From Phoronis australis (lineage: Eukaryota; Animalia; Phoronida), in NCBI GenBank assembly GCA_002633005.1, contig NMRA01000061.1:1-64000 (forward strand): a stretch of DNA of 64,000 nucleotides. Direction: 5' to 3'. The translations under genes were made by a program, and so were the position numbers. Below the pieces are notes generated by a model. The model saw only the letters and a program-made list of their open reading frames with translations, did not search any database and had not been told where the DNA came from. Below are positions 61,120-64,000 of the stretch, in pieces (positions within the stretch are counted from its first letter, which is position 1; each line of letters opens with the position of its first letter).

Positions 61120-64000
61120 TTACCAGTTGTCGAGGAAATCAAAACCCGTCTTTGAGGAGATTCCCAGTGACCCAGGTTCACCACTCTGAAACAGACAAAG
61201 CCAGAAATGTCATAAAAAAGCAAATATCGATAGCATGTCACACTTTGTGCAAACACATCGAGTTTGAAAGACACAGATATTAAGTAAAAGCCAAATTTTC
61301 TTACTAACATTTACGTTTTCGCCAATTCTTAGGACGTAATTGAAAGAGCTAGAACTGTCAAAATAAGTGAACACAGCTGACAACCTTACATGAACATGTC
61401 TTAAAAAGTGCGGGACTCAAAATCTTGTCAGAGCAACATGTGATTACTTCATACAACCACGGCACTGTGATACATAACATTTTGAAACATAAATGAAGAC
61501 AATTCTACAGTATTTGTCCTCCGTTACGAATCTAACATTGTACCACTGACACTATTTTCATCATATTGGAGGAGGCAAGATATCATGAAATAAGGTGTTA
61601 AAACTCTACAGTGGAATCGCCAAAAGGTAAAGGAAATGTGTACACAAAGTATTACATGTTCAAAACACCCATTTATTCTCTCCAATTTCACACAAAATCA
61701 ATAGCCAAAATAGCGTATTTTTCATTTTTCAAAGGTTGATTACGTTGCTAAAATACTCAAATTTAGCCTTTTATGACAACTGTTCAGTAGCAATCATTCT
61801 AATGATGAAGTCAAGTTTTTCTTAACATTTAATTTTATTGAGAAATTTTACAAAATAAAATTCCACATGTCTGCCATTTTCTGGATTTAGAGTGTTTACC
61901 ATAACTGCCAAATAGTAACTCCCAAAGGCAATATTACCTCTACATCAGCATTAGAGTCTTGTAAACTAGACACATTCTCATTCTCCACTTCCTGTTCTTC
62001 ACAGTTGTCATAGATACTGCCACGAGAAGTTGTTTCATCTATTAGATCAGTCTCTGGGACATCTTTCATCTGCATCTCAGAAAACTGGTTATCAAGGCTG
62101 GTGGTCAGGTCTCCGCTGAGATTCACTGTTTCAAATGCCTTTGAATAATCCCCAAACAGTGTTTGATCACACTGACCATAGTTGATGACTCCAAATTCTC
62201 CGTGGTTGGATGACTTATCGTTCTTCTCCGATTCGGAATCTGAATTGGCATTGAGTGCCAAATTCACAACACCCCCAGCATCTTCTGTACCCGACACGAG
62301 AGTCGTCTCTATTTCACGATCTTTGCTCTTTCGATTGATAACGCGTTTTGGTGAAAGCCTGGCAAATCGGCTAGGGCTGCTTCTTTCCACGGATGTCGTT
62401 GATCTAGAGGGACTGGTACGGTCACTCGCTGATCTGATGGAACTGAAGCCTATATCAACAGATCTGGCAGGGCTGTACTCCTTATCAAAGGTTCTGGAAG
62501 AAGTAGATTCCTGGTCAATGGACTTTGCAGGACTTGCTCGATTTCCGAAAGAGATGCCGTACTTCTTAAATAGATCTTCACTGGAGTTGCTGCTGAAGTT
62601 CACAACCATGGGTTTATCATCTTCTGTACGCTCTCCCTCACCAGAGTTCACAAATGACTGCGGTCTGTGTTCGTCTTCTTGCTTGCCACTGAAGTCAGCG
62701 TCATCTCCACGATCAGCCGCCATAAATGGAGAATTCCAGATGCCACTCGCTCCAGAAGACTTAAGAGACGGGGTGGCGGGTGTGCCACTGCGTCGTTGCT
62801 CATCAAACTTTGGTGATTTGGGACGTTTTATTTTTCTTAACTTGGCAGCCTTGGCATCTTCTCCGGATTCTGTCATTGGCATGTTCATATGACTCTGTGA
62901 AATAATTTGTTAAATTGTACAACACAAAAATTAACCCATCCAACTGAAACCTGGTTAGAAATCAAAAATGATTAATTCCAATATTTTGGTATCGCGTTCT
63001 CATACACAACTCATCACAAGTTCTGAAAACATTTATCTTCATAGGCCAACTTGTACACTACGTTACGGAACAGAGTGTAAACAAAAGGATTTGGTAGTGA
63101 TATCACTGTTCGTTTAATTCATAAACAAATTTACTACTTACCTTAGTTTCCCAGGAAAAAGGTGCAGAGTGCTCGTCCTGCCAAGTCCATCCCTGTAACA
63201 ATATGTAATGATGACCAATAGGACCATCTTACATACAAAGACTTACAAAAATTAATGTAAAATTCTATTATTTCTATTACTGTTATTTACATTTAGAGAG
63301 AAGCATTTTGTAAGTTTCTTAGCACTTAGCTATATAGATAAATCATTAAATGTATAGAATAGGTGTTGACATTAGTAAAACAAAAGATTAAACACATAAG
63401 ATATCTTGCAGTGCGGCTGAAGAGAATTGAAAACAATTTCAAATTTGAATTAATTACAAAGCATGTGAATGGCAAGCACATCTTAACAGCTTCAGAGGAG
63501 TGCTATGTACTAGTTGACAAGTCAAGAAAAATCTTGGCACTTATGTTTTCGCTGAAGTCAAGAGACTGATAAGACAAGATTCTTAAAAAGCAAATAAGTG
63601 CACATTCCAATGATGATGATGTGCAGGGTGCCGAGGAGAAAATACACGCTTAAGCAAAAAAGTATTGACTGGGGTTCAGCGGGCAGGCTCCTTTCTGTAA
63701 AAATAACAACTTAACTCAAGACAATATTAAAGTTAGTACTATCTAATCGACACATACAGAAACTGGAAACAAAACTCACATCATTGTCAAAGTCTATGAT
63801 GATCTTTTCTCCACTATCTATGACCAGTTTAGGAAAATACTGCGGGACCTCCTCTGCCTGTGGATGATCTTTATAAAACTCTCGAATCGTTGAATCTACT
63901 ATGTGGTCGTCAATAAGTTGCTCCTGTTTGTCAAAATCCAGTCGTTCCCAATCTTGTTTATAAAGATCTTTCAGTGCTTCTTGGTCCTTCATGATCTTTT
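61120..64000 (-). CDS. C1orf198: C1orf198 homologue (DUF4706 family), 5' end outside window
   Basis: Minus-strand exons 64000-63780, 63192-63142 (GWTWQDEHSAPFSWETK), 62894-61938 (Ser-rich) and 61185-61120 (ends KTGFDFLDNW-stop), joined by phase-0 GT/AG introns. WQDEHSAPFSWETK and terminal GFDFLDNW are motifs I recognise from C1orf198. Confidence 0.88.

Noticed and set aside
61896-61937. ORF-track C-terminus VILPLGVTIWQLW
   Set aside because: Read-through into an intron; the GAG/GTAATA donor splices to the GFDFLDNW exon.
62182-62892. 236-aa plus-strand ORF
   Set aside because: Antisense shadow of the Ser-rich C1orf198 exon with no recognisable motifs.

Overview
AT-rich, intron-containing animal DNA, most likely an invertebrate and probably a draft diploid assembly (four single Ns, each next to a local duplication). 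The main content is a + strand tandem array (about 7.9-47.1 kb) of three-exon Mab21-fold cGAS-like receptor (cGLR) genes with identical intron phases (1, 0). There are two classes. Type A (4 genes plus one partial or allelic copy) has an intact nucleotidyltransferase motif (GSYWQGL...DEFD...VDF) and cGAS-like C-lobe motifs (CRKQCL, SYHLK, LPLYFNPxVNL). Type B (2 genes) keeps the fold and exon structure but has lost the GS motif, two of three catalytic acids and the SYH tyrosine, so these are predicted pseudo-enzymes. One type B gene has lost its own last exon and lies upstream of an orphan, intact type A last exon (possible chimera); the other has a frameshift. NF-kB-type sites sit about 100 bp upstream of each type A ATG. 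The right part of the array is an ~16 kb tandem segmental duplication. The window also holds MITEs, a Kolobok-like THAP element, a solo LTR, LINE fragments, an E-box minisatellite, an unidentified ORF with two ~100-aa repeats, and the 3' part of a C1orf198 orthologue on the - strand. All calls come from reading the sequence; no searches were run.
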